A stretch of 64,000 nt of DNA from Histomonas meleagridis 2922-C6/04-290x (taxonomy: Eukaryota; Protista; Parabasalia), in contig JAANOX010000116.1 of the NCBI GenBank assembly GCA_020184695.1, positions 76,750-140,749 on the forward strand, read 5' to 3'. The first letter of the stretch is position 1. Each line of letters starts with the position of its first letter. The notes under the pieces were generated by a model. It saw only the letters and a program-made list of their open reading frames with translations, ran no database searches and had not been told where the DNA came from. The translations under genes and the position numbers were made by a program. Below are positions 63,234 to 64,000 of the stretch, piece by piece.

Positions 63234-63458
63234 TTAAACTTCTATCACTTCTTGAATCTATCTTTTTATCATCATTGTCTTTTTTAGTGTTTCCCAATTG
63301 CTTTGTATGACATTTGACGATGCAATTCTAAGTACAAAGTTAAAAGAATTATCACAATTTTAGATATCCAGCGCACGAAAATTTATCTTTTATCGATTAT
63401 TTCTATGTTCAGCATGTGACTTATTCATGAAAATTACTCAAAAACATTTTATTTTTAT

Positions 63459-64000
63459 TTAACCAAAATTTGAAACACGTAAATATTGAACACAACTCGA
63501 AACTGTTTCTGAGAATGATTTGAATCCTTTGTACTGCAGCTGCGTAATTCCGTTGCTGTCTTTTCTCAATATATAACCACTCTGATCCATCAATTTGTCC
63601 AATAAATCGAACAAATTCGTCGTTCGTTTGTTCGAATGTTGTCGTGTTCTCAAATGTGATTTTGTCTTTGTTACTGTTACTGTTATTGTTATTGTTCGTT
63701 TGTTGTTTCCGATTAATTGTGTTCGTAAGTAAAAACTTTTGATCAAAATGCGAATTCGGAATTGTGACAGCCAATGTTTTCAAACGTAGCACTGCAATAA
63801 ACTTCTGAGCCAAGACTTTTAAGACATGTAAAATATTGATCTGTTTCAAAATATTCGCATTCTTTACTTGATCGAAAATCTCGACAAAATCCTAAAAATG
63901 TAAGATATAAACCAACTTCGTTATATTGTAAGTCTACAAGTTTAGTTGTTGGATAATAATAATAAACTAAAGGATCTGCGCCTTCTTCTTTTGGTGGAAT
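63459..64000 (-). CDS. CCZ1/INTU/HPS4-type longin-domain protein, partial and frameshifted; 5' end lies outside the window
   Basis: The frame from 64000 reads DPLVYYYYPTT...QYNEVGLYLTFLGFCRDFRSSKECEYFET, resembling CCZ1 longin 1, and stops near 63745. One extra base in the A4 run (63745-63748) continues it as FLIKSFYLRTQLIG to the TAA at 63459. Confidence 0.4.

Noticed and set aside
1-64000. tRNA/rRNA genes, horizontally acquired bacterial operons, alternative genetic code
   Set aside because: No T-loop/cloverleaf or rRNA signature was found by eye, all recognised genes are eukaryotic types, and conserved genes end at standard stop codons where their families are expected to end.

Overview
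Compact, AT-rich, apparently intron-free eukaryotic DNA from a parabasalid protist (Trichomonas/Tritrichomonas/Histomonas-like). This call rests on TCA(T/C)T initiator elements a few nt upstream of ATGs, CCTTT (M5) motifs before ribosomal protein genes, TAAA stop/polyA signals and typical expanded families; the species cannot be determined by eye. About 38 protein-coding loci are present: GCP, RPB8, TFIIE-beta, ADAT2, TOR, a head-to-head ABCB half-transporter pair, RAD51D, NAA35, RhoGEF-Kelch, four ribosomal proteins, several kinases, PP1, DnaJ, an ARFRP1-like GTPase and its duplicate, a Sel1 protein, PCYT2, a FERM/talin-like protein, KTI12, a Pmp-like surface protein and PAK. No rRNA, tRNA, CRISPR array or canonical parabasalid intron was found. 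The most notable observations: (1) a stand-alone 63-aa gene matching only the helical TAF1 segment proposed to contact the Inr, suggesting a split TAF1; (2) a ~2.06 kb near-perfect palindrome containing a nested ~1 kb TIR-bounded unit; (3) ankyrin repeats each interrupted at the same loop position by AT-rich, mostly frame-breaking inserts; (4) a candidate intergenic H/ACA RNA; (5) strong position-dependent GC zoning within genes. All family assignments are by-eye motif recognition, not database searches. Several frameshifts sit in homopolymers and may be assembly errors.
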